From an uncultured Anaerolineales bacterium (GTDB taxonomy: Bacteria > Chloroflexota > Anaerolineae > Anaerolineales > UBA11657): DNA of 36,177 nt. The position numbers and the translations under genes were made by a program. The notes beneath the pieces were generated by a model. The model saw only the letters and a program-made list of their open reading frames with translations. It made no database searches and was not told where the DNA came from. The stretch covers positions 1 through 36,177 of the forward strand of contig CAWWAV010000001.1 of assembly GCA_963934935.1 (NCBI GenBank), in the 5' to 3' direction. Within the stretch, counting starts at the first letter, position 1. Each line of letters begins with the position of its first letter. This document shows, one piece after another, positions 25,928 to 34,538 of the stretch.

Positions 25928-27721
25928 CTAATAGAAGGTTGTACGTAAAACAGGTTGAAACATGTTTTTTAGATGATTGCATATTGGGTCAATCGGACAA
26001 AATTCACATATAGGCTCTGTCATTTCAGGACAACTATTACGTGCATTAAAAAAGAAGTAGTCTACAGCACCTTCACTTTTGCCTGATAGTTTGACTATTT
26101 GTTCCCTGGCACGATAAGCAGCATATCTCACCGCCCATTCCTCAGAAGCTGATACAAGCCTTCTGCTAGTTAGTTTCACTCTTAGTTGCTCATCAAGCAC
26201 ATTTATCAGTCCAACACGTAAACATAATCGCATGGCATGATAATCTATTACTGGATCTACTTGTTCATGCTCCTGTATAGTGAGGAACTGCTCTGGTCGT
26301 TGATTCAGTATCAGAGCTAGCAATCCGCTTTTTTTGCGCAATGGATCCTCTTTATATCCCCCAATATTATCTAAAAGTTCTAGGAAGGTTTGTAGCGGGT
26401 TGACGGATTTGCTAACGTTCTCAATTATATAATCTGGGGTCAATCCAAGCGAGAGCATATCTTTACCATACCTTCGTGATTCTTCTAGATGTAATTCTAG
26501 TGCAGGCATTGGGTTGTTTCCATTATCATCTCTGAGGATTTCCGTGAATTCGTTTGCACTCAAATTAGCTTGTCTTTCTGGAGAACAGAAATCCGCATCT
26601 TTTTCTAAAGCTAGCCTAAATGATTCCCATAAGTAATCGGATCCTTTGCGCATAGTGCCGCCCAATGGTGCTAGCAGTGGTTGGTCGTATTTTTGATCAT
26701 GTGTAGACCAAAAGCTAAACTGATGAACTGTGGCTGCAAAGAAATAGTCTAATGTTTTGGGATGATCAATCGGGGGTAGTACTGGGCTCACAAATTGGAA
26801 AGGTGATACTTCTGATAATGAAGCAATCTTGTCAGCAACCTTTTGTATTTGTGTGTTGTTGAGATTGACACGCATATCGAGTGGTGCTTCCAAAGGTGGT
26901 TTGTCAGAGAAAAGTGCTTTGGGGCCGATATCTTTGATCATAGCGGTCGATGTGACAACTGCTTGTCGTGCTGCCATGATAGGATGTTTGTTTTGAAGCA
27001 AGTAAGCTAGAGTGGCTCCGCAAAAAGTGTCACCTGCACCTGTTGGATCTATCTCTGTAGTTGAATTGGTAGGAATAAATGTGGCATGAGAGCCTTGAAT
27101 GATGCAAGCACCATCTGCGCCTAAAGTGATATAAAGCACTTTCCCAATTTGTGTTGTGGCAGACTTTATAGAGCCAAAAATGTATTCAGCCTCATATGAA
27201 TTCATGAAAAAATAATCGCTATGTTTAATCACATCTTTGACTGCTTGTGTTTGTTCCTTTGCATTAAACAAACCTGTGCCAGCGGAAATACGCTTGACAC
27301 CTTTCTCTCGGCAGGCCCTAATAAAGGACAATTGATTTACTGCGTTGCCTAATGGGGTCACGTGTACTATAGAAAAATTTGACATGTCTCTAGGCAACAT
27401 TTCAGATGAAAGATTGTCTTCGGAGTTGAGAGACATAGTTAGATATTCGGTTTTATTATTTCGATATGAAATTTCAAATTCTGGAAGTTGGTCTGCAGGG
27501 ACAACTGGACCAATCCAATCGGATAAATAATCATCAACTATAGTTAAGTGTTCGGGATATGCGTTTGGACGTGGACCAAATAACGTTGCATCTGCACCGC
27601 AATGAGTTGCTGCGACAGCAGTATACATTCCAGCTCCTCCTGCACATTGGGCAGTATCATCTTGGAGGTGCAGGATGTCAGATGAAGCTCCACCGACAAC
27701 CAGTAATTTGTTGTTATGCAC
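25928..27721 (-). CDS. Fusion protein: N-terminal PfkB (ribokinase-family) kinase plus a C-terminal Qng1/DUF2419-like (queuosine-salvage family) domain with a Cys4 cluster
   Basis: N-terminal domain has GGAGMY and DPTGAGDTFCGA (PfkB signature). C-terminal domain has HQFSFWS, VIDYHAMRLCLRVGLI, VDYFFFN and terminal RTTFY, resembling recalled Qng1 motifs NFSFWS, ADYRLPQVL, LDYYLW and RCIYY. CPEMTEPICEFCPIDPIC gives C-x7-C-x2-C-x5-C. GTG start. Confidence 0.7.
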   Translation of the reverse strand: MHNNKLLVVGGASSDILHLQDDTAQCAGGAGMYTAVAATHCGADATLFGPRPNAYPEHLTIVDDYLSDWIGPVVPADQLPEFEISYRNNKTEYLTMSLNSEDNLSSEMLPRDMSNFSIVHVTPLGNAVNQLSFIRACREKGVKRISAGTGLFNAKEQTQAVKDVIKHSDYFFMNSYEAEYIFGSIKSATTQIGKVLYITLGADGACIIQGSHATFIPTNSTTEIDPTGAGDTFCGATLAYLLQNKHPIMAARQAVVTSTAMIKDIGPKALFSDKPPLEAPLDMRVNLNNTQIQKVADKIASLSEVSPFQFVSPVLPPIDHPKTLDYFFAATVHQFSFWSTHDQKYDQPLLAPLGGTMRKGSDYLWESFRLALEKDADFCSPERQANLSANEFTEILRDDNGNNPMPALELHLEESRRYGKDMLSLGLTPDYIIENVSKSVNPLQTFLELLDNIGGYKEDPLRKKSGLLALILNQRPEQFLTIQEHEQVDPVIDYHAMRLCLRVGLINVLDEQLRVKLTSRRLVSASEEWAVRYAAYRAREQIVKLSGKSEGAVDYFFFNARNSCPEMTEPICEFCPIDPICNHLKNMFQPVLRTTFY

Positions 27722-27810
27722 TATTGCTATTTATTCAAAAATAACTGATTGCGAGTAAGGCACTGTTTTGATCATTGAGTGCAAAGTATTTAGTATTGTT
27801 ACTCCGGGAG

Positions 27811-27883
27811 TGAGCCGCACAGGACTCGAACCTGTAACCAAGGGCTTAAAAGGCCCCTGCTCTGCCAATTGAGCTAGCGGCCC
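27811..27883 (-). tRNA. tRNA-Lys (anticodon UUU)
   Basis: The reverse complement folds as a 73-nt cloverleaf: acceptor GGGCCGC/GCGGCTC, D arm GCTC-AATTGGCA-GAGC, anticodon arm GGGGC-CTTTTAA-GCCCT, T arm ACAGG-TTCGAGT-CCTGT, discriminator A. CCA is not encoded. Confidence 0.9.
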
Positions 27884-27900
27884 GGGTATGTATGATTCTA

Positions 27901-28395
27901 TCATTCTGAGTTGACAGGGTCAACGACTGTAGGTTGCTGTTCTTCAATGTTTGGGCTGTATCGTTGTGCGTAGAGCAATACGCCAATTGCAATAAAAACT
28001 AATCCCGATATAAGACCTACTGATTGCCAAAGTCCAAAGTAGGGTAGTCCGCTTGGTATATTGTGACTGCCTATTCCTAATACATCTGCAAGACCAGATA
28101 CGGCACAGATCACATATCCTGTCGCCATAAGTCTTAGCCCGATTTCCTCGCGGAGACGTCGCGGCATTGACCTATGCCTAGTTTCATATGCATATGCATA
28201 TCCACCTATAGTCATCATACCGATACCAAATAGGATGACTACTAATTGAAGTATTCCAACCCCAGGATTTAGATCTAGATTAATTATTACCGGAAACATT
28301 CCTATTAGGAAAATGGTAAATCCGAACACTACTGTTGCTACACTTATGCGCGCAAATTGACTAAGTTCAGCAATTGCAACTGGTTTTCGGTTCAT
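27901..28395 (-). CDS. Small 4-TM membrane protein (uncharacterised), translationally coupled to the dipeptidase
   Basis: Four hydrophobic segments. ATG 28395 forms an ATGA overlap with the dipeptidase stop; the ORF-track start at 28410 is the alternative. Confidence 0.55.
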   Translation of the reverse strand: MNRKPVAIAELSQFARISVATVVFGFTIFLIGMFPVIINLDLNPGVGILQLVVILFGIGMMTIGGYAYAYETRHRSMPRRLREEIGLRLMATGYVICAVSGLADVLGIGSHNIPSGLPYFGLWQSVGLISGLVFIAIGVLLYAQRYSPNIEEQQPTVVDPVNSE

Positions 28396-29468
28396 GTTGG
28401 TATTCCACATCTGAGAACTTGCAACCAGTTCTCGGACATAAAGCTTGTCACCTCTTGTCTATTGTATCCAAGTGTTGCAATTTCATCACCAATCAATACT
28501 AAATCTGCTATAGTGTTCATCGGAAATGGTATTGATTCAGCACCAAAACCGCCATCAAAATCAGAACCTATACCAACATGTTGACAGGATCCAGTCAGTT
28601 GGCATATATAGTCAATCATTTCCGCTAATCTTCTGATAGGCACGGTTTTTTTGTCATCGCTTTTATTCCAACCAGTCTTCAGGAATTTGTTGTATGGGAC
28701 CACTCCTATGACACCGTCCCTTTCTACAAGTTTGCGGATTTGTAAATCAGTTAGTAAACGTTCTGGTGTGCTTAGGTTTGCAGCAAATCGTGGGTTTGCA
28801 TGAGATGCTATTACAACTCCATCATAGTTTTCAATAGCTTGATCAAAACTACGTTCAGACATGTGACTTACGTCAAGAATCATTTGGAGATCTGCCATAT
28901 TTTCTAACAATTCTTCACCTAAATTAGTCAATGGTCCTGGATCACCAGTGCCTCCACAGTAATTTGTTCCTGCCCAAGCTGGTCCTATTATACGCACGCC
29001 ATTTTTGTGCCAATACTCTACTTCTCCTGGTGATCTTATTGGATCTGCTCCTTCCATTAGTAAGACCAGACCGATTACAGGCTTTCTATTATTAGTTTCA
29101 TCCCAACTAGTGATAACAAACTCTAGTTCTGAGAGATTGCGAATGATTTGGAAGTCGTCTTTTTCTTCCATATGTAGGTAGTACTCTAGTTGATTGTGAG
29201 CTAGTTTATGAGCCTGATCGGAGTTTTGATAATACATTTTTTCAGAGTCGCCTGAGTAGTGACTATAAGGAGGGGAAAATAGAGTGGCAAATATTATTCC
29301 TACGTGGCCTGATAGCCACTCATCATGACCAAGACATGCCAAACCGTTTGCATGCATATTTGGACTATTGCTTTCAGCACTTCGTATATTGAGTGCCGAG
29401 GTAGAATAGTCTCTGTTATATCTCAGAGCATTGTACGCTATGTCTTCGTGTGCATCTACTATAAGCAT
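28392..29468 (-). CDS. Membrane dipeptidase, peptidase family M19
   Basis: Motifs IVDAHEDIAYN, VLLMEGADP, LDVSHMSERSF, ASHANPR and HVGIGSDFDGGFG. Confidence 0.82.
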   Translation of the reverse strand: MLIVDAHEDIAYNALRYNRDYSTSALNIRSAESNSPNMHANGLACLGHDEWLSGHVGIIFATLFSPPYSHYSGDSEKMYYQNSDQAHKLAHNQLEYYLHMEEKDDFQIIRNLSELEFVITSWDETNNRKPVIGLVLLMEGADPIRSPGEVEYWHKNGVRIIGPAWAGTNYCGGTGDPGPLTNLGEELLENMADLQMILDVSHMSERSFDQAIENYDGVVIASHANPRFAANLSTPERLLTDLQIRKLVERDGVIGVVPYNKFLKTGWNKSDDKKTVPIRRLAEMIDYICQLTGSCQHVGIGSDFDGGFGAESIPFPMNTIADLVLIGDEIATLGYNRQEVTSFMSENWLQVLRCGIPT

Positions 29469-29514
29469 GATCTAATCGTATATATAAGCTGCTTGGTTGT
29501 CAATTGTAACAGAG

Positions 29515-29523
29515 TGCTATAAT
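29515..29523 (+). promoter_or_regulatory. Extended -10 element TGcTATAAT upstream of the large membrane protein gene
   Basis: TG-c-TATAAT at 29515-29523, ending 9 nt before ATG 29533. Possible -35 elements are TTGTCA (29497-29502, 15-nt spacer) or TTGGTT (29494-29499, 18-nt spacer). Confidence 0.35.
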
Positions 29524-29532
29524 CGCACGATA

Positions 29533-31383
29533 ATGTCTGTTCTCAGTGTTATGTTTGCGTCCTGTGTTATTTTTGTAACACCGGGTATATTGATTCACTT
29601 GTCTCTAAAAGAGAGGGGTTATCATCTAGTCCCTTGTATTGGAATTGGTTTGTCACTGGTAGTTGTACTGTTTTCTACAGTTGCCAGTGTGGTCGGTTAT
29701 TCATACTATTTGCAATTGGGTATAACTATAGGATTGGATATAGTATTGTTGTTTCTTGCTCGGCACCAAATAAGTAATATTAAATCTTGGACGAATAGAT
29801 TAGTCAGTTGGCAATGGTTATTGTTGGCTCTTGTAGGCTTAGTTTATCTTGGGCCGGCATTTGTTATTCCAGTTCCATTTGATACTGACGCGCAAGGTTT
29901 TGGATTATTGATTGCTAGTGTGCGAGCCAGTGGTTCTATCACCAGTTTGGCACCCTTTTATCCTGAAATTGGTTGGTATTACTCGCCCGCATTTTTCCTA
30001 ATAGGTGCTCAATTAGCTGATATCACAGCTGCTGGAATACATGAAGTAATGCTGGGTTTTTCACATTTGCTTAGCGTGGGTGTGATAGCATCTATTGGTT
30101 ACTTAGGAATGCTCATGGGTGGCCGTAAAACTGGTTGGTGGGCTGGAGTTGCATCTGCAATAGGATTGTCTCTCTATACAACTCTGATGGATGCTGCTTA
30201 TACTAATCTGCTTGGGCTTTGGTTGACTGCCACGTTTCTTTGGATACTCGATAAGGTTATAAGAAATAAATCAGGTTTTGATTTAGTGATTGCGGGTGGA
30301 TGCTTATCTGCTGTACTTCTTGGGCATCCTGATAGCATCATACATTTAGTTCTGGCTTATTTCTGTTTCTATATTACTGTTGTCTTTGTAAGACCTAAGT
30401 TGAGTATCAAGGAATATGTGCGAATAATGATTCTTGTGCCGGTGCTTGGAGTAGTCATTAGCGCGCCTTGGCTATTAAGTACTTTTTCTATGTTAGGGCA
30501 AATCAGCGTGCATGAACGTCAGTCACCGCAGTTGCACCATCTTTTGTGGGTGTTAACTGTCAATGGTGGAGTGATACCACTTTTTGCATTAATTGGTATT
30601 TGGTGGTCAGTACGCAGTCGTCATTGGTTAGACATATGGTCCATATCATGGCTTGTTCCCATTGTAGAAATATCGAGTTTAGGTAATTTGGATGCACTGT
30701 CTCGTCGTACATTGATTGACCCGATGCAGATTTTCTATCCTTTTGGCATGGCCTGGCACGCTACTATAATTCCTCTTGCTTTGTTGGCAGCACGTGGTTT
30801 AGAGCCGCTAGGTGATTGGATCGCAGGCAAGAAAGTTTGGAAAGAGTGGCTTACTGGTTCTCTCTCAATTATGTTGTTGTTAACTGGACTTGCATTAATT
30901 ATGAGCAAATCTGTTGTATCCTGGACAAGGGCATATGTGCCGCAAATCACTGGTGCGGTGGCAACTTCCGCTGATGTCAGTGCTTATAAGTGGTTGAGCG
31001 ATAATTCCCCATCAGACTCTAAGGTGTTAAACTATCCTGGGCGTTATGAAGGTCAATGGGCAACAGTAATATCTGAGCGCACATCTGTTTATATTCGTGA
31101 CCAGTTATTTTATATAGGATCAGAAGATTTGCGAAATTTGCAGAAAAATATGGCAGTGGCTTTTCTTGACCCTGTGTCTGATGAGGCCTATGATTTGATT
31201 AGTAGACATGAGATTGACTACATTGTGGTTCCACAGTGGCTGAATGTTTCTAACATTGATCAAACACAATTGCGCTGGAAGGAGCCCGATAAGTTACCGC
31301 AAGTCACTTCGTTTGAAGACGCAAGTTACTTGGATTTAGCTGCAAACTTTGATGGTGCTCAAGTGTGGAGAGTGAAATACTAG
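29533..31383 (+). CDS. Large polytopic membrane protein with a C-terminal extracytoplasmic domain, GT-C-like glycosyltransferase candidate
   Basis: At least 12 predicted TM segments, a loop DxD (PFDTDAQGFG) and a roughly 150-aa soluble C-terminus. ATG 29533 is preferred to the ORF-track TTG at 29497, which overlaps the promoter-like element. The family call is weak. Confidence 0.55.
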   Translation: MSVLSVMFASCVIFVTPGILIHLSLKERGYHLVPCIGIGLSLVVVLFSTVASVVGYSYYLQLGITIGLDIVLLFLARHQISNIKSWTNRLVSWQWLLLALVGLVYLGPAFVIPVPFDTDAQGFGLLIASVRASGSITSLAPFYPEIGWYYSPAFFLIGAQLADITAAGIHEVMLGFSHLLSVGVIASIGYLGMLMGGRKTGWWAGVASAIGLSLYTTLMDAAYTNLLGLWLTATFLWILDKVIRNKSGFDLVIAGGCLSAVLLGHPDSIIHLVLAYFCFYITVVFVRPKLSIKEYVRIMILVPVLGVVISAPWLLSTFSMLGQISVHERQSPQLHHLLWVLTVNGGVIPLFALIGIWWSVRSRHWLDIWSISWLVPIVEISSLGNLDALSRRTLIDPMQIFYPFGMAWHATIIPLALLAARGLEPLGDWIAGKKVWKEWLTGSLSIMLLLTGLALIMSKSVVSWTRAYVPQITGAVATSADVSAYKWLSDNSPSDSKVLNYPGRYEGQWATVISERTSVYIRDQLFYIGSEDLRNLQKNMAVAFLDPVSDEAYDLISRHEIDYIVVPQWLNVSNIDQTQLRWKEPDKLPQVTSFEDASYLDLAANFDGAQVWRVKY

Positions 31384-31418
31384 ATGAGATTTCGCGATCA
31401 TATGATACATAGTTTGTT

Positions 31419-32606
31419 ATGAAAATAGTGCATATTATTCCATATTTTTATCCAGCTTGGGCCTATGGCGGTACTTGTCGAGCTGCTTGGGAACTAGCTC
31501 GTGCGCTAGTACGCAAAGGTCAAAGTGTTGTTGTATATACTACTGATGCCCTTGACGAGCATTCTCGTTCTACACCTGCATCAGTAGTGGTAGATGGAGT
31601 AGAAATACATAGAGTGCGAAATCTCAGCAATCGTTTAGCGTGGAGGCGTGCTTTTTTACCTTTGGGTTTTGGGAGCAAGCTGCAGGAATCATTGCAGGAT
31701 GCTGATGTTGTACATTTGCACGAATTTCGTTCCTTTCAGAATGCAGTAGCTTTACGCTATATGGTAAGAACAGGTGTGCCGTTTGTGCTTACAGCTCAGG
31801 GAGGCTTGCCGCGCATTATGGGTCGCAACACTTTGAAGGTAATTTATGACCGTAATTTTGGCGCACGTATACTAAGTAATGCTGCCAGATTGCATGCGCT
31901 AAACGAATTAGAGCGGGAACAGTTTATTGACTTGGGTGTTGACCAACAAAGGATTGCAATATTGCCAAATGGTGTAGATCTTGATCAATATCAATCTTTA
32001 CCATCTTTTACCGGATTTCGAGCTCGTTTTGACATACCTGAAGGAGTCCCCATCATACTGTTTTTGGCACGTGTGAACAAAATCAAAGGAGTTGATTTCT
32101 TGGTTTCCAGTTTCAATTTGTTGCGAAGTGCAAATCCTGACGCATTTTTGGTTATTGTTGGACCTGATGATGGATATCTGCAAGAAGTGAAAAATCAGGT
32201 GCAGGAATTAGGTATTGAAAATCAAGTACGCTTTACAGGCTATTTGGATGGTGATGATAAATTGCAAGCATACCAAGCTGCCAGTGTATATGTTCTTCCA
32301 TCAGCATATGAAATGTTTGCAATAACTTTGCTGGAATCGCTTGCGTGTGGCACTCCTATCATTGCTACAGATCGCTGTGGTTTGGCAGATTTTGTAAGAC
32401 AAAACAATCTTGGCTCAATCGTGAATTATGGGGATGTTGAAGGCCTAAAAAATGAAATCATTAGGATTTTGGATCATCCTATTGATGTTGAGAGTCGTGC
32501 TGATTACGGTCGAGAGTATGTACTTAAACATTTTGGATGGGATAGGATTGCAGATAATTGGCTGAAGGTTTATCAGAATTGTGCATCAAAAGCTGAGATA
32601 GTTTAG
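31419..32606 (+). CDS. GT4 family (GT-B) glycosyltransferase
   Basis: N-terminal YFYPAWAYGGT and the EX7E region YEMFAITLLESLACGTPIIATD. Confidence 0.85.
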   Translation: MKIVHIIPYFYPAWAYGGTCRAAWELARALVRKGQSVVVYTTDALDEHSRSTPASVVVDGVEIHRVRNLSNRLAWRRAFLPLGFGSKLQESLQDADVVHLHEFRSFQNAVALRYMVRTGVPFVLTAQGGLPRIMGRNTLKVIYDRNFGARILSNAARLHALNELEREQFIDLGVDQQRIAILPNGVDLDQYQSLPSFTGFRARFDIPEGVPIILFLARVNKIKGVDFLVSSFNLLRSANPDAFLVIVGPDDGYLQEVKNQVQELGIENQVRFTGYLDGDDKLQAYQAASVYVLPSAYEMFAITLLESLACGTPIIATDRCGLADFVRQNNLGSIVNYGDVEGLKNEIIRILDHPIDVESRADYGREYVLKHFGWDRIADNWLKVYQNCASKAEIV

Positions 32607-32608
32607 AT

Positions 32609-34531
32609 ATGTGTGGCATCTGTGGGTTGTTAAAATTGCCAGGACAAAAGCCAATCTCTAGAGATATGCTACAGCAGATGAGCGATTTGATTTCTCATCG
32701 CGGACCTGATGACGCTGGAACATATGTCTCACCAAATGCAGATATTGGTTTAGCTAATAGGCGCTTGTCAATTATTGATCCATCAGAATCTGGGCGACAA
32801 CCTTTTACTAATGAAGATGGTAACATCTGGGTGGTATACAATGGTGAGACCTACAACTATGCTGAGATGCGCAGCTATCTTCAGGATAGAGGCCATAGTT
32901 TTCATTCTAACACTGATACAGAAATAATTGCGCATTTATACGAAGAACACGGGGTTGATTGTGTTCGGTATATGCGAGGGATGTTCGCTTTTGCGCTTTG
33001 GGATCAATCAAAGCAACGTCTTTTTTTGGCCAGAGATAGACTTGGCATAAAACCTGTTTATTATGCTTACACTCCTGATGCTTTTCTTTTTGCATCGGAG
33101 ATTAAATGCCTGTTGATACATCCACAGTTGAAAAGAGCTGTCAATGATGAGGCTCTGTATCATTATCTTACTTTTCTAACTACGCCAGCCCCTCAAACTT
33201 TATTCAAAGATATATTCAAGTTACCATCCGCTCATCGAGCTATCATTAATTCTGATGGTCAGATTCATGTTGAAGAGTATTGGGATGTTTTTGAAGGTAG
33301 CAATGGTGATACTAGCTATAGTGATGCCGATCAAGCGGATAGAGTTGTTGATGCATTGCGAGAAAGTGTTAGGTTAAGAATGGTTTCGGATGTTCCTTTT
33401 GGTGCGCTATTGTCGGGGGGTATGGATTCTAGCACTAATGTGTCCTTAATGGCTGCAGAAATGGATAGACCAGTGCAGACATTTTCGATTGGATATCAGG
33501 GAGATGATGTCAGTGACTATAATGAGATTGGATATGCTAGACAAGTAGCTAATAGATTTGGTGCTGAACATCATGAAACCCTTATCGGACGAGAAGATTT
33601 AATAAGATTTTTACCTGACTTAATTTATCATCAAGACGAGCCAATTGCTGATCCTGTTTGTGTGCCCTTATATTATGTGTGTAAATTGGCTAAGGACAAC
33701 GGTACTTCGGTAGTACAAGTAGGTGAAGGTGCTGATGAATTATTTGGTGGATATTGGCATTGGCAGGCAGTATTACGCCTAAATCAAGGACCATGGCAGG
33801 CTTTTGGTGCTTTACCTAGCTGGGTAAGACAAATGACGTTGCAGTTATCTAGGCCGATGATGAATGATTTACGTATGGAGTATCTACGACGCGGTGTGGC
33901 AGGAGAAGAGTTGTTCTGGGGAGGCGCAATTGCATTTGGTGAGGATAGTAAGCGAGAAATACTCACAGATGAAACTCTAAGGCGTATAGGTGATCTCAGT
34001 TCGCATGAGATTGTTCAGAAATATAGGAACAACTTTGATGCTCGTTGTCCTAATCCTGATTATCTGAAATGGATGAGTTATTTGGATTTGCATATGCGAC
34101 TACCGGAGTTATTGTTAATGCGTGTAGATAAAATGTCCATGGCGACGTCAGTGGAGGCTCGTGTCCCTTTTCTTGATCATGAGTTTGTGCAATTGGTCAT
34201 GAGTATATCGCAGTCACAGAAGATGCCAGGACTGCGTACCAAACATCTTTTGAAACAGGGCGTTCAAGGCTTAATACCCGATCACATTATTAATAGAAAA
34301 AAACAGGGATTTCGTGTACCTATTACTCAGTGGTTTTCTGATGCTCTAGGAAGGATTGCGGAACAAAAACTGCGCGACTTTTGTAAAAGGACTGATTATT
34401 TTCGCTGGTCAGCTGTATCAAAATTGATATACAGACAAGATGATCTAGTGTGGTATCTGCTAAATTTTGTTCTTTGGCATGAATTGTGGATTGAGGGTGT
34501 TGCTAGTGAAGATTTGATACAACTCAGATAA
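32609..34531 (+). CDS. asnB: Asparagine synthase (glutamine-hydrolysing) family amidotransferase
   Basis: Ntn nucleophile MCGICG, the GATase-II region, and PP-loop LSGGMDSS. 640 aa. Its position in a glycosylation cluster suggests a glycan- or envelope-amidating paralog rather than primary Asn synthesis. Confidence 0.85.
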   Translation: MCGICGLLKLPGQKPISRDMLQQMSDLISHRGPDDAGTYVSPNADIGLANRRLSIIDPSESGRQPFTNEDGNIWVVYNGETYNYAEMRSYLQDRGHSFHSNTDTEIIAHLYEEHGVDCVRYMRGMFAFALWDQSKQRLFLARDRLGIKPVYYAYTPDAFLFASEIKCLLIHPQLKRAVNDEALYHYLTFLTTPAPQTLFKDIFKLPSAHRAIINSDGQIHVEEYWDVFEGSNGDTSYSDADQADRVVDALRESVRLRMVSDVPFGALLSGGMDSSTNVSLMAAEMDRPVQTFSIGYQGDDVSDYNEIGYARQVANRFGAEHHETLIGREDLIRFLPDLIYHQDEPIADPVCVPLYYVCKLAKDNGTSVVQVGEGADELFGGYWHWQAVLRLNQGPWQAFGALPSWVRQMTLQLSRPMMNDLRMEYLRRGVAGEELFWGGAIAFGEDSKREILTDETLRRIGDLSSHEIVQKYRNNFDARCPNPDYLKWMSYLDLHMRLPELLLMRVDKMSMATSVEARVPFLDHEFVQLVMSISQSQKMPGLRTKHLLKQGVQGLIPDHIINRKKQGFRVPITQWFSDALGRIAEQKLRDFCKRTDYFRWSAVSKLIYRQDDLVWYLLNFVLWHELWIEGVASEDLIQLR

Positions 34532-34538
34532 TTGTGTT

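Noticed and set aside
27811-27883. tRNA-Lys as an integration site for a genomic island
   Set aside because: There is no integrase, no duplicated tRNA 3' segment, and no composition or gene-content shift visible on either side. The flanking genes are ordinary metabolic or membrane genes.
28185-28201. (CATATG)n hexanucleotide micro-repeat inside the 4-TM membrane protein gene as a phase-variation tract
   Set aside because: There are only about 2.8 copies and the repeat is in frame, encoding YAYAY. Slippage would not shift the frame, so there is no evidence for a switch.
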